The position numbers and the translations under genes are program-made. Shown here piece after piece: positions 23,506-37,508 of a DNA stretch of 64,000 nucleotides; position 1 is the first letter of the stretch, and each line of letters opens with the position of its first letter. This DNA is from Nemertoderma westbladi (Eukaryota > Animalia > Xenacoelomorpha): NCBI GenBank assembly GCA_032718475.1, contig JAUCBJ010003600.1, positions 1 to 64,000 of the forward strand, in the 5' to 3' direction. Below the pieces are notes generated by a model that ran no database searches, was not told the origin of the DNA, and worked only from the letters and a program-made list of their open reading frames with translations.

Positions 23506-24959
23506 ATTACAACAGCTGAAAATCTGATTTGGTTTCATGTCAGTGTTCCATATAGGAATGTAAGTATATAGAGAAGGAACCCTGTGTAGTGTGTATCCAA
23601 TACAGACCCCCCCAGGTTTACTGAACAAGTCTGTAACCAATCCACTGATCGCTGTAATTAATTAATGCTAAATATATCCTTTATAAGGATATAAATAGCT
23701 GAACTGGTGTTTTTGGGTGCAGAATGGAGTGCGATTGTCCAAACAGAGTTGATAGTTTAGTAACACGGACGGACGTACAATGACAAAGGGTTGTCGGGTA
23801 ACTTTAGGGAAACCACAACCAGCCACAGTGGGACCGAGATAATTAGAATAGATTAGATAAACATATAACATTATAGTAGTTCTGAATGGGAACCAACTCC
23901 GTTACACTCATTGTAAACCAATGTATTATTGGTTAAAGAACCGATTGGTTAATAATATAACCAATGGGAACCTCTGAGTTATAATTAAATCGTTTTATTA
24001 GTAGGTGGTCCAGGTTTGTGTCTACCAAAGGGACGTAGCAGATACACAGGTATTACAAGAATACACAATACAGATAATATGGGAATAATATCGACCAAGA
24101 ACGAATTAAAATGGAAATAAATTGAAAGAAATTTATATCATTATTGTATTTACATCTGATATAAATTAATTATTTTATATCTAATTTTAGCAAACATTGC
24201 GAGCTCTCCCTATGGAAAATACTAATAAATCTTTGTTATTATTTTTTATATAAATAGAGTTAGAAAATTCCATAAATTAAAATTAATACAAAATACTCTA
24301 AATTATTTTTTGTAACTAAATGTAATATTCTGTAAGATACGGAATTGAACTGATGTTATTCAATTATTTGATCTGATCTTCAATGGAATAATTAGGACAG
24401 TTTGACGTTCCAACATCTGAACTTCTTTCTGTAGAGGGTTGGATTACTTTATTAGGATTTCTTTTTTGATTCGCGGTTATTCTGTAAATAAATAAATAAT
24501 ATAATAATATGTGATGGGATCCGAGTTGGCGTGGGATCCCGACCGGGTAAATCTCTTGTCGTGTTTCCTACGCATCGCCGTGTTTATAATGACTATGAAG
24601 GCTGAAGGCCGTAGGCTGGTAAAATGCAAGAGTTATTGGTTTATCGTTGTTAATAATAGCTGATAAATATATAAGTACCAGTAGACAAATTTCAGCACAA
24701 TCAATAGAAGATACCTCGACGGTGGTATACCGTCCAACATCCACAGTAATTAATAGCCAACTGAACACAGTTAATATTGTCCAACAGATATATGGAAACT
24801 ATGGGGAAACTTATTACACAGTCCTACCTACATGGCGACTGACCAAAGGATACACGTTATACTTGCCAGCTGCCCCCCCCCCCATTTGTTGGTTTTTCCC
24901 CCACTTCTGTCACCCCATGTTCCCTCAGCCCTTGCATCACCTCATATTCCTTGGTCCTC

Positions 24960-26130
24960 GATCGACACAAACGTTGTCGATCCATCGTATACTGATCTGA
25001 TTGCTGCAATAATTTCATCAGGAATCCCATATAATGAAAGTATGCTGAAGATACATAGGCGAGAGACTGAATCAAAGGCCTTGAAGAATTCAACAAAGAT
25101 AACAGCCAGATGCCTGTCTTCTCTTTGCAGCAGCCTTCACTTCTGCAAAGGAGATATCGCCAATGGGAATATCTGGGAGTACAGACTCAAACACTTTTAC
25201 TTCTATAAAGTTATCAGGCAATACCCTGTCATTATTGAGGAGCTTTTCAAAGTATGCCTTCCAACCATTGAGGCGATCGGCTGGTGATTCTGTATTAACC
25301 TTGGTGGTTGGTTGGCTTTTCCGCCCAGTAAGCAAGTTTATTAATTTGTATGCCTGGGATGATTGCCTGCTGTTGTCAGAATCATTGATGGCATCAACCT
25401 GTTGGTTTATTAGCTCCTGCATATTAACAGAGTACTGCCTGTTCGGGGATCTAGATGCAGCCTTAACTGCATTCTTGGCCGCTGTTGTCTGTTTGAGTCG
25501 GGACTCTTTCGGCGCCTTATAGAGGTCATTTCGGCACTTCTGAATTTTGTGGTCAGTCCAGGGGGCCCTTTTCCTGTTTCTTGGGTATACAGCAACTTTT
25601 TCTGCAGCTGCTAACTTAGCTGCTTCTGTGTAGGCAGTATAGCCCTCACAGTGATCTGCCGCCTCAGAGGAAAGAACCTCATACCTGTTGCTCAGCTGTA
25701 GTGTGAAGCTGTATCTCACACGTGGCTGTTGCAACTGAGAGGACCAGTCATGCTGCGGCAAGGCAGATTTCGTTGTTCTGCTAGCACGCAGACTGAGTAG
25801 TCTTACCTTAGCCACAATAAGGCAGTGATCACTGGAGAAGGGTCGAAGTGTTAAAGCATTACAGTCTTGTATAGAGCTCCTTTATTTCCTACGAAACAGA
25901 AAATAGTCTTTCTGGGACTTGTGACCACTGGGTCCACTATGAGTCCATAGCTTTCCAGCCCCTTTTTGACTAGGTTCCAGCCGAAAACAATCCATTTACA
26001 GAGATAAAATCCTGAAGATGGACAGAATTTCGATTAACACTATCGCTATAGACACTTGGTCCATTTCGCCACACTTTCGATTAGTTTGGTTCAGTTCGGC
26101 CCAGATTCGTGTTCGCGTGCTATCCAACTA
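24960..26130 (-). mobile_element. RTE-clade LINE fragment (APE endonuclease C-terminus, linker, piece of RT) with internal deletion
   Basis: NRNSVHLQDFISVNGL..KLWTH..SQKDYFL..SSDHCLIVAKV; SNRYEVL; then HLAVIFVEFFKAFDSVS; near-identical to 45065-46230. Confidence 0.85.
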
Positions 26131-27024
26131 ACAGCTTAGATTAACAAACTCTGTGCAACTTAATAAACACTAACTAGTCTGCTGTTGTTATTTAATAGGA
26201 GAACCAATACCGGTGCTGTACCATTGTAAAGATGTAAGTAAAAAAGTCAGTGTTTATTTTATGAATGGATGCTACACTTACTTCAAGGTTTAGTGAGATA
26301 GTGGCGACCAACTGGAGTTTGTAAATGGCGAATCATCTTAAGTTACACAAAATCGCTCAGTTCATTCATTTAATTTATTAAATTGTGTTTCTTTTTGCGG
26401 TTAAATTCTTAATCTATAAATAAATAAGGAATAATAAAATGTCGTTCTATCAGAAAAATGAAACATTAATGATAAACATAACATCTGGGGACAATAATAT
26501 GACAATACGAACATATGTCAACAATATGACATATAACACATTGATCAAACACACAACCCCCGTGAATGCAGATTAAGATTCAGTGGGCACTGCTGGAGAA
26601 GTAAACATGAGGTCTTAATACCAGATCTGCTTTTCTGCAACCAACACAATGAAAGTGTATGCGTGGACGACCGGCTATAACATAGAAAGACCAACTTGAA
26701 AGGGATACTGAACTTGAGAGAAACGAAATTGCGACAACTATGAATAAATCTCATTTCAACTGTCCAGTCCATTCTCTCTCGTCCTAGTAGTATGTATTAG
26801 TGACATAGTCTAGTCTACTCATGGTTTAGTTTCATTTAATTTATATAACTGTGACATGCAATATACTATATATCTAGTATATCATAGTTTAATGTATAGA
26901 AATATGTTTATTGACGAATGTTCGATGATAGGTTTGTAATGTGACCAAGCAAAGGCAAAAAAATCATATAATTATTACTTACCAGTAATTAAGATCCAGT
27001 TCAGTTGCCAAATCTTATAACTCA

Positions 27025-29900
27025 GATGGTTTAGTGGACAGAGTTTATAGTTCCGATGGGTTAGTGGATATAGTTTATGGTTCGGATGGGTTGGTGGATA
27101 GAGTTTATGGTTCCAATGGGTTGGTGGATAGAGTTTATGGTTCCGATGGTTTGGTGGATAGAGTTTAGGGTTCCGATGTGTTGGTGGATAGAGTTTATGG
27201 CTCCGATGGGTCGGTGGATAGAGTTTATGGTTCCGATGGTTTGGTGGATAGAGTTTATGGTTCCCGATGGGTTGGTGGATAGAGGTTATGGTTCCGATGG
27301 GTTGGTGGATAGAGGTTATGGTTCCGATGGGTTGGTGGATAGAGTTTATCAGTCCGATGGGTTGGTGGATAGATTTTATGGTTCCGATGGGTTGGTGGAG
27401 AGAGTTTATGGTTCCGATGGATTGGTGAATAGAGTTTATGGTTCCGATGGGTTGGTGAATAGATTTTATGGTTTCGAAGGGTTGGTGGATAGAGTTTATG
27501 GTTCTGATGGGTTGGTGGATAGAGGTTATGGTTCCGATGGGTTGGTGGATAGAGTTTAGGGTTCCGATGTGTTGGTGGATAGAGTTTATGGCTCCGATGG
27601 GTCGGTGGATAGAGTTTATGGTTCCGATGGTTTGGTGGATAGAGTTTATGGTTCCCGATGGGTTGGTGGATAGAGGTTATGGTTCCGATGGGTTGGTGGA
27701 TAGAGGTTATGGTTCCGATGGGTTGGTGGATAGAGTTTATCAGTCCGATGGGTTGGTGGATAGATTTTATGGTTCCGATGGGTTGGTGGAGAGAGTTTAT
27801 GGTTCCGATGGATTGGTGAATAGAGTTTATGGTTCCGATGGGTTGGTGAATAGATTTTATGGTTTCGATGGGTTGGTGGATAGAGTTTATGGTTCTGATG
27901 GGTTGGTGGATAGAGGTTATGGTTCCGATGAATTACTGGACAGAGTTTATGAGTCCGATGGGTTGGTGGATAGAGGTTATGGTTCCGATGGGTTGGTGAA
28001 TATAGTTTATGGTTCCGATGGGTTGGTGGATAGAGGTTATGGTTCCTATGGATTACTGGACAGAGTTTATGAGTCCGATGGGTTGGTGGATAGAGGTTAT
28101 GGTTCCGATGGGTTGGTGAATAGAGTTTATGGTTCCGATGGGTTGGTGGATAGAGTTTATGGTTCTGATGGTTTGGTGGATAGAGGTTATGGTTCCGATG
28201 GATTACCTGACAGAGTTTATGAGTCCGATGGGTCACTGGATAGAGGTTATGGTTCCGATGGGTTGGTGAATAGAGTTTATGGTTCCGATGGGTTGGTGGA
28301 TAGAGTTTATGGTTCTGATGGTTGGTGGATAGAGGTTATGGTTCCGATGGAATACTGGACAGAGTTTATGAGTCCGATGTGTTGGTGGATAGAGGTTATG
28401 GTTCCGATGGGTTGGTGAATAGAGTTTATGGTTCAGATGGGTTGGTGGATAGAGTTTATGGTTCCGATGGGTTGGTGGATAGAGTTTATGGTTCCGATGG
28501 GTTGGTGGATAGAGTTTAGGGTTCCGATGTGTTGGTGGATAGAGTTTATGGTTCCCATTGGTTAGTGGATAGAGTTTATGGTTCCGATGGGTTGGTGGAT
28601 AGAGTTTATGGTTCCGATGGGTTGGTGGATAGAGTTTATGGTTCCGATGGGTTGGTGGATAGAGTTTATGGTTCCGATGGGTTGGTGGATAGAGTTTATG
28701 GTTCCGATGGGTTGGTTGATATAGTTTATGGTTCTGATGGGTTGGTTGATAGAGTTTATCGTTCCGATCGGTTGGTGGATAGAGTTTATGATTCCGATGG
28801 GTTGGTGGATAGATGTTTTGGTTCCGATGTGTTGGTGGATAAATGTTTTGGTTCCGATGTGTTGGTGGATAGAGTTTATGGTTCCCATTGGTTGGTGGAT
28901 AGAGTTTATGGTTCCGATGGGTTGGTGGATAGAGTTTATGGTTCCGATGGGTTTGTGGATAGATGTTATGGTTCCGATGGGTTGGTGGATAGAGTTTATG
29001 GTTCCGATGGGTTGGTGGATAGAGTTCATGGTTCCGATGGGTTGGTGGATAGAGTTTAGGGTTCCGATGTGTTGGTGGATAGAGTTTATGGTTCCGATGG
29101 GTTGGTGGATAGAGTTTATGGTTCCGATGGGTTGGTGGATAGAGTTTAGGGTACCGATGTGTTGGTGGATAGAGTTTATGGTTCCGATGGGATGGTGGAT
29201 AGAGTTTATGGTTCCGATGGGTTGGTGGATAGAGTTTAGCTTTCCGATGTGTTGGTGGATAGAGTTTATGGTTCCGATGGGTTGGTGGATAGAGTTTACG
29301 GTTCCGATGGGTTGGTGAATAGAGTTTATGGTTCCAATGGGTTGGTGGATAGAGTTTATGGTTCCGATGGGTTGGTGGATAGAGTTTATGGTTCCGATGG
29401 GTTGGTGGATAGAGTTTAGGGTTCCGATGTGTTGGTGGATAGAGTTTATGGTTCCGATGGGTTGGTGGATAGAGTTTAGGGTTTCGATGGGTTGGTGAAT
29501 AGAGTTTATGGTTCCAATGGGTTGGTGGATAGAGTTTATGGTTCCAATGGTTTGGTGGATAGAGTTTATGGTTCCGATGGGTTGGTGGATAGAGTTTATG
29601 GTTCCGATGGGTTGGTGGATAGAGTTTATGGTTCCGATGGGTTGGTGGATAGAGTTTAGGGTTCCGATGTGTTGGTGGATAGAGTTTATGGTTCCGATGG
29701 GTTGGTGGATAGAGTTTAGGGTTCCGATGGGTTGGTGAATAGAGTTTATGGTTCCAATGGATTTTTTGGATAGAGTTTATGGTTCCGATGGGTTGGTTGA
29801 TAGAGTTTATGGTTCCAATGGGTTGGTGGATAGAGTTTATGGTTCCGATGGGTTGGTGGATAGAGTTTTTGGTTCCGATGGGTTGGTGGATAGAGTTTGT
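27025..29900. repeat. 30-bp minisatellite, ~95 copies
   Basis: Unit gggttggtggatagagtttatggttccgat. Confidence 0.97.
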
Positions 29901-30667
29901 GAGCTCTACCTATAAAATAAGTAGAAATAATATAATTTATTAATAATGTATTCAAAATAACGGTAATACCAGATTACACTTTGAGACCCCGACTGTAGGA
30001 TATTTTCCATGTAACAATTTATTACTAACTTATTCTGAAGTTTTCAATAATTGTGTTCCAAGTAATTTGGTTCCAACATCTCCATTAAGCCACTAATATT
30101 TGAGTTCCAGTAGATTCCAGGTTTGTGTTTCCAGATTTCCTGGTTTCCCAGACTACGACGAATATCTGATAAGGAACAAATCATGTCGGTTCATTACAGT
30201 CCAGAATCGGGGTTATCTTATCGGATCGGCGATACTAAAAGATTTCAAGTTATCTGTTTTATAATTTAGGCGGTTGTTTGATTTGGTTCAGAGCCTGACA
30301 GTTTACTGGTTTACGATTCCGAGATCAGGAGATATTCGTATTTCTATCTATAAAAGAGAAAACTTATAAAATATTTATTAAACTTTAACTTGAATGTATA
30401 TTTACCATAATATAATAGAAATTGCACTAAATTTTATATATTTAATATAGTAGATGGTAGGCTATAAATAGCTATAAAATGCTAGTAGAAATTGTGTGTC
30501 CGGCCCTGACTGGCACTATAAGTTAAAAATAAATATGAGATATTATCCTTACCATTCTTGCTAAATAACATTATTATGGGATATATTCCAATAATATCCA
30601 AAACATTATTTATCTCTGGTTGGTAACAAAATTAAACACTGAAAATTGTATATAATTATTTTTATAT

Positions 30668-31513
30668 TTAGACTAAATCATCTAAATTATGTACAGCTGT
30701 AGTCAGGATATCAGCTATTTGACCCTGATTTGTGTCTCTCAGACATTGACAGAATGTAATAAAATCGTTGAATGACCTTCTAATTATCGCGTTGACCAGT
30801 TCATTATTCTTTGCCAATGTGGATTCTTTACTATTGATTGATTCAGCTATAGAATCCCTAAACACTTGTTTCCTACAAAGTAATTTTATTACCAAGTTTG
30901 GTTCGATTCTATTAACTAAAACAAACTTATATTTAGTTAGTATCAACGGAAACTTTTTATCATCATCTGTTGTTTTATCCTCTAAAATATATACTATATG
31001 AGTTTGATATGTTTCCTTTAATCCTTCAATAAATATTCCGTAATTATTTTCTGTACCCCATTTTATTGCCTCCAATAAAGTCTTTATTTTACTGAATACA
31101 TTTGGTTTCGAGTTAATTATAGATAAAACATCCCGAGACAAAGTTCGCTTAGCTTCTAAGAAAATTATAAGTTCCAATATTTCTAGTTTATCTAGAAGTT
31201 CATTCTCCTTAGACGCTATTTTCTTCCAATTTGAACTTAAATCACCTGTATATTTTTCTCTTATTAAGTTGCTTTCCATATGTTTATGAAACTTACATTT
31301 GACTTTATTATGTGAAATATTTTCATCGATTTCAATAAAATGGAAACAAATTTCTTCTCTACAGTTAATTTCATTGTGCTGTTCGCATTTTGAATTACAT
31401 TGACATTTTAAATGAAAACTAAACGAAATGTTTTTTATTCGAATTTGTTTAAGGAATTCCTGCAATGAATTATTAAGATAACACTTCACTTTATTGACCA
31501 GCTGTGGATCCGG
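30668..31513 (-). CDS. Paralogous module: COR C-terminal tail plus two CARD-like domains (exon or remnant of a tandem paralog)
   Basis: PDPQLVNKVKCYLNNSLQEF..CQCNSKCEQH..CFHFI..LLDKLEILELIIFL..LKETYQTHIVYIL..CLRDTNQGQIADIL aligns colinearly with the C-terminal ~300 aa of ORF 36013-32624. Confidence 0.75.
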   Translation of the reverse strand, partial: PDPQLVNKVKCYLNNSLQEFLKQIRIKNISFSFHLKCQCNSKCEQHNEINCREEICFHFIEIDENISHNKVKCKFHKHMESNLIREKYTGDLSSNWKKIASKENELLDKLEILELIIFLEAKRTLSRDVLSIINSKPNVFSKIKTLLEAIKWGTENNYGIFIEGLKETYQTHIVYILEDKTTDDDKKFPLILTKYKFVLVNRIEPNLVIKLLCRKQVFRDSIAESINSKESTLAKNNELVNAIIRRSFNDFITFCQCLRDTNQGQIADILTTAVHNLDDLV

Positions 31514-32680
31514 GTAATGTCTATAACAGCAGCCTCTCTACCTTGATTGGTAACGTCTATAACAGCAGACTCTCTAGCTTCATTGGTAATGTCTATAACA
31601 GCAGCCCCTCTACCTTGATTGATATCGTCTATTACAGCAGCCTCTCCACCTTCATTGGTAATGTCTATAACAGCAGCCCCTCTACCTTGATTGGTATCGT
31701 CTATTACAGCAGCCTTATCTACCTTGATTGGTAATGTCTATAACAGCAGCCTCTCTACCTTGATTGGTAACGTCTATAACAGCAGCCTCTCTACGTTGAT
31801 TGGTAACGTTTATAACAGCAGCATCTTCACCTTGATTGGTAAAGTCTATAACCCCAGCAGCCTCTCCACCGGTTGATTGGTAACATCTATAACAACAGCT
31901 ACATTATATTGATTGGCAATGTCTATAACAGCAGCCTCTCCACCGGTTGATTGGTAACATCTATAACAACAGCTACATTACATTAATTGGCAATGTCTAT
32001 AACAGCAGCCCCTCTACCTTGATTGGTATCGTCTATTACAGCAGCCTCTCTACGTTGATTGGTAGCGTTTATAACAGCAGCCTCTTCACCTTGATTGGTA
32101 AAGTCTATAACCCCAGCAGCCTCTCCACCGGTTGATTGGTAACATCTATAACAACAGCTACATTACATTAATTGGCAATGTCTATCTATAACAGCAGCCT
32201 CTCCACCGGTTGATTGGTAACATCTATAACAACAGCTACATTACATTGATTGGCAATGTCTATAACAGCAGCCTCTCCACCGGTGGATTGGTAACGTTTA
32301 TAACAGCAGTCTCTCTACCTTGATTGGTAACGTCTATAACAGCAGCCTCTTCACCTTCATTGGTAATGTCTATAACAGCAGCCTCTTCACCTTCATTGGT
32401 GATGTCTATAACAGCACCCCCTCTACCTTGATTGGCAATGTCTATAACAGCAGCCTCTCTACCTCGATTGGTAATGTCTATAACAGCAGCTTCTCTACCT
32501 CGATTGGTGATGTCTATAACAGCACCCCCTCTACCTTGATTGGCAATGTCTATAACAGCAGACTCTCCACCTGTTGATTGGTAACATCTATAACAACAGC
32601 TACATTACATTGATTGGCAATGTCTATAACAGCAGCCTCTCCACCGGTTGATTGGTAACGTCTATAACCCCAGCGGCCTC
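31514..32680. repeat. ~36-bp minisatellite grown from the ROCO C-terminal coding sequence
   Basis: Unit ttgattggtaatgtctataacagcagcctctctacc; the minus strand reads GREAAVIDITNQ, as in the ORF tail GGEAAGVIDVTNQ. Confidence 0.9.
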
Positions 32681-35600
32681 TCCACCTTGATTAGTATTAT
32701 CTCTATCAGCAACTTCATCAGGTTGATCGGTAATGTCTACAATATCCGCATCATAACCTTTGGTAGCTTCCTCTAGAGTATCAGCTAAATGATGTTGGTT
32801 GGTGACACGAAGACATTTACAAAAAGATAGAAAATCCTTGTAAGATCTTTTCATTACTGCGTTTATAAGTACAACATTCTTACTATCTATCGATTCTTTA
32901 CATTCTATTATTTCTATGATAGATTTACTTATAACTTTTCTGATAACAAGAAGTTGTGCAACAAATTTAGTTTGTTCTAAATTTTTCATTAACATATATT
33001 TATACTTTGTTAGAATATCAGGGAACATTTGGTCTTCCATTTTGATTTTTTCATGCAAAATTTCAACCAAAAGCGGTTGATTGGTTACATATAATGCTTC
33101 AATAAATACTTTGTAATTATTTTCTGATCCCCATTTTATTGACTCCAACAAAATCTTATTCTTACTCATCAAATTCGACTTAGATTCAATAACAGCTAAA
33201 ACTTCCTTTGATATAGCCCCCTTACTTGCTAAGTATACAAGTAACTCTGAGATTTCCAGTCTATCAATAAGGTCATCTTGGTTAGTTGTAATGTTTAACC
33301 AATGTGAGCTAAATCTCCCAACAACAGGGAATTTTCCACTAATAAATCGACTTCTAACAGTGTTATTAAATTGACATTCAACAAAATCATTTGATAAAAT
33401 ATCAGCCAGTTTAACAAAGTGAAAACACCCTTCTTCATTGCAGTCAAGTAATCTATGTTGATCGCATTTAGCATTACATTCACATTTTATTTCGAACTCA
33501 AATGAAATATTTTTAAATCTCATTTGGGTAATAATTTCCTTCAATGAAGTATTAATAAAGTGATTTACTTTATTAACAATATCCGGATCTGGTGCAAGTT
33601 TACTTTCAGTTTGTTCATCGCCCGAACTAAACATCTCAGATCTAACTACCTGAACTTTAATCCAATTTAATGAAATAGAAGATCTTTCCAAAATTACCTG
33701 ATGATTAAAATCTAAAAATATTTGAGCAACTCTGTGGTAAAGTTTAGGTTGAATTACTCTATTACCTACAATGTAGGACAAATCAATAGTTCTCTTAATT
33801 AAACGGTAGTACAATCCTTGCGGTAAGAAACTCTTGAATGTAATATAAAATTCAACTTTACATTGTCTTGGTGTGAATGGAGTATATCTAACAGATTTAA
33901 GGCGGCAAGGTACATAATAAGCCAACTTTACATCATCTTGCAATGTTCTTTCGGTTTTTGGTAAAACTCGTTCACATAGTAAATCAAAACGTTCTAGAAT
34001 ATTCAACATAAATTGTTTTTTATCAAGAACGTCTTCCCACAGATAATCAAGGAGTTCTTCATGTAATATACCATTGTTGTCCAGGTCCTTCCAGAACGTA
34101 AAATGTTGTTTCTTTATTTTGTCTTTTACAGTTATTATTTTGGTAAACATTCCACTCAACCATTCTGGGCTCAGTATAACAGTATCCCTTAGAGATTCAT
34201 CATCAAAGTAAATTATTTTACCCATATCGTGGTAAAATTCTAACATTGTTTTCAAACCAATGTTATCCATTTCTACATCAATATCCTTTAATTTAATCTC
34301 TAGCAAGTCAATGTCAATATAAACTTTACCATCCGTTATTAATTGAGACACAAGTTGGTCAAATTTTAGATATTGCAAAGGTATTTCCTCCTTAAAATTT
34401 GCCATTTCGTTGACAATATCGGCCTGTAAATTTTCAAGTCCTTTCTCTCCACCATATATAATTTCTCTATTATTCTCTATAGCAATGTAATCTTTAATTA
34501 AATTATCTGTATATGAAGATTTACCCAAATGGGTCTTAATCTTTTCAAATATTTTACTTGCTATTACAGATTGAGTTGCAGGATCAGCATGTAAGCTGCC
34601 TTTATGAGTTCCAACTACAAAAACAGGTGGACAAGAATTTATTTCTAGTTTTGTACCAAATGAATAAATATTTTTTAACCAAAATTCAATAAACTCAATA
34701 TTCTTAATCTCACCGAAAACAAACTCATTAATATTGTTTTCATCTGATCTGAAAATAATATCAGGAGTTTTTTCAAGATTTTCCAAGAGATTAAATACAA
34801 TTATATAAATAGCACGTCTACTCAAAAATATCTGATGGGTTGTGTAATAAATACATTGGCCACCAAAATCGACTATCTGTAGAGAAAAGCGACTGTCTTC
34901 CTCATTAAATTTAGCCAGAATATCTTGAGGTTTACCAGATAACAATATATCCTCTACTCCCTTTGTGATGTTTTCAGGAATATCATTTTCCATAGCTTCC
35001 CTTATGGGTTGCCTAGAAAGATTTTCTTCAATAGGTTTACTTTCATTCTCACCAGTTAATAAAGTTGTACTAGATTTTTTATTTATCCACAAAGTATCCT
35101 TTTGAACTTTCTCAGCACCATAACTTGAAGTTGTAGTAGCAATCTTAGGTTGATCATCAGTAGAAGATGAAGGTGTTGCAACTGAGGGTGTCGCAATACC
35201 AATACCCATTGCCGAAGTTCCAGAAATATCAGACTCATCACCTGCAACTTGTTTTCTTTCTAGAACTGTTTTTGCAATTTCCTTAGTAATGACGACATCA
35301 ACAGCTGTCTCAAGCTCTTCTTTCATGTTGGTCCAATCTCTGTTTTGTTCGGTATTTATAATACAGTTAGCAGATGAGTCAATACCATCAGTTATTGGTT
35401 CATTTATATCAAACGGTTGACCAATAAGGGACTTCTTCAAACTAGTTTTACCAGCCCTCTCTTGTCCCACTAACATTAACCGGGTTTTCAATATCCATGT
35501 AGTCCCTTTAGAAAGAGCTGCTTTATATGCAGCCAATGCTTCTGGGCCTCTCGCCAGTATCTCTATCGGCAGTTTTTGTTCTTTAATATAATTAATTAAA

Positions 35601-35991
35601 AATTTTGGAAGTTTCAGTGTATTAAATCCACTTATATTCATAATCATAAGTCCCATGTCTCTGAATTTATTAACAATTTCAATTGTTAAAATTTCATTTA
35701 AACCCCAAATACTAACCAGATTCTGGGTTGTTAGCTCAGAAATATCTGCATCCAGTCTAAAGTAAAGTTCTTTCTCTTTATCTGAAAGAACATCAACAGT
35801 AGATATAATTATATCAGTTATCTTACCCTGGAGTGGTTTATTTATGGGACCAACCCATCCAATATACTCAACAATTTCCTTTACTTCTTCAGTTTTCTCC
35901 AATATACTTTCCACCTGTTTGATACTTTTCTTTCTTTCAGTTTGACCTTCACGGAACGTATCAATTACTGTAATTGTGCCGCCATTATCTC
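32624..35991 (-). CDS. ROCO gene exon 2: end of WD40, APAF1-like winged helix, Roc GTPase, COR, two CARD-like domains
   Basis: Acceptor tttatacAG|GA at 35991; P-loop LMLVGQERAGKTSL, TDGID, DFGGQ..YYTTHQIFL, VVGTHK; COR L.FYHDMGKIIYF..VILSPEWL, YYVPCRL; two C-terminal helical death-fold repeats (FIEALYVTNQPLLVEIL; FCKCLRVTNQHHLADTL). Confidence 0.9.
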
Positions 35992-36588
35992 CTGTATAAA
36001 GGATAATTATCATTAAGCTGTCTTTCCACTATGTTGACATCCAATAATACGATGAAAAATTCAGGGTTGGAGCAAGTTAAATTATCTAAAATCTCGAGGT
36101 AATTCATTCATATTTTCAGAACTAACTTAAACATAGTTTCAACAACAGTATCAAAACTTTAACCAATCTCGATTTATTAGGTAGGGTACAAATGTAGTAT
36201 TTGGGCGCTATGGAGGTATTTATATAGTAATAAAAAGAACACCAATTTGTTTGTAAAGGACAGACTTATTGCAATATTGTCGATGTTATTAACTACTTTG
36301 GTGGGTTTAGAATGGAGTATACGCATAAGCAAATTACAAATATAATTATAAATATATTTCGTTAAGGCTCTCCAATATGCACCTACGGTCCCTATACGTT
36401 TCCCTGCCTATGTCTTCTATTTTTTTGGTTATTTATTATGTTTTTAGTGCAATTTTCAACAGATAACAAGTCGTACGTTACGTTAGTCAATTCTGCAATT
36501 TATATTAGAATTTGTACTTTATTGATAATGAAAGCGCTGAGCTACCGCAATATATTTGTAATTATATTTGAAATTTGATTAATAATAT

Positions 36589-36743
36589 TTAACTTGCTCC
36601 AACCCAGAATCTTTCATCGAATATATCTGACATCTCAAACTTTCTTATAGTTAATCCAAAATTACGTATTATAGCAAGGATCTTTCTTTCAGTTTGATCT
36701 TTACTGAACGTATCAATTACTGTAATTGTGCCGCCATTATCTC
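36589..36743 (-). CDS. Duplicated acceptor / putative alternative terminal exon of the ROCO gene
   Basis: Copy of tttatacAG|GAGATAATGGCGGC encoding DNGGTITVIDTFSKDQTERK, then diverging to a stop at 36589. Confidence 0.45.
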
Positions 36744-37212
36744 CTGTATAAAGTATAATTATCGTTAAGCTGTCTTTCCTCTGAGTTGACATCCAGTATT
36801 AGAGTACGATGAAAAATTCTGGGTTGGAGCAAATTAATTTTTATTAATCAAATTACAAATATAATTATAAATATAATTCGTTAGGCTCTCCAGTATGCAC
36901 CTATGGTCCCTATACGTTTCCCTGCCTATGTCTTCTGTTTTTTGGTTACAACTTTTATTCTGTGCAATTCAGTGCAATTTTCAACAGATATAAAGTCGTA
37001 CATTACGTTAAGTCAATTCTGCAATTTATATTAGAATTTGTACTTTATTGATAATGATAGCGCTGAGCTACCGAAATATATTTGTAATTATATTTGAAAT
37101 TTGATTAATAATATTTAACTTGCTCCAAACCAGAATCTTTCATCGAATATATCTGACATCTCAAACTTTCTTATAGTTAATCCAAAATTACGTATTATAG
37201 CAAGGATAAACG

Positions 37213-37508
37213 GACAATAGGCGGGACAATAGGCGGGGCAATAGGCGGGACAATAGGCGGGACAATAGGCGGGACAATAGGCGGGACAATAGGCGGGACA
37301 ATAGGTGGGACAATAGGCGGGACAATAGGCGGGACAAAAGGCGGGGCAATAGGCGGGACAATAGACGGGACAATAGGCAGGACAATAGGCCGGACAATAG
37401 GTGGGACAATAGGCGGAACATTAGGTGGGACAATAGGCGGGATAATAGGCGGGACAATAGGCGGGACAATAGGCGGGACAATAGGCGGGACAATAGGCGG
37501 GACAATAG
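37213..37508. repeat. 12-bp tandem repeat (caataggcggga)n
   Basis: Directly visible, ~24 copies. Confidence 0.95.

Noticed and set aside
24364-24481. Possible minus-strand terminal exon (atttacAG|..NQKRNPNKVIQP..IK*)
   Set aside because: Short, no recognisable homology, and cannot be connected to a gene
25975-26035. ccgaaa...cctgaagatgg, looked like a Penelope hammerhead ribozyme
   Set aside because: Motif order is wrong, and the minus strand reads as RTE endonuclease coding sequence
27077-29955. GSDGLVDRVY / MVPMGWWIEF / PPTHRNHKLY repeat ORFs
   Set aside because: Translations of a 30-bp minisatellite with indels and stops; a possible minus-strand donor at ~26980 is not enough evidence for an exon
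21910-32624. Functional link between the Polinton and the nearby ROCO-CARD gene
   Set aside because: The gene lies outside the TIR/TSD boundaries, ~9 kb away; proximity in a TE-rich region is unremarkable
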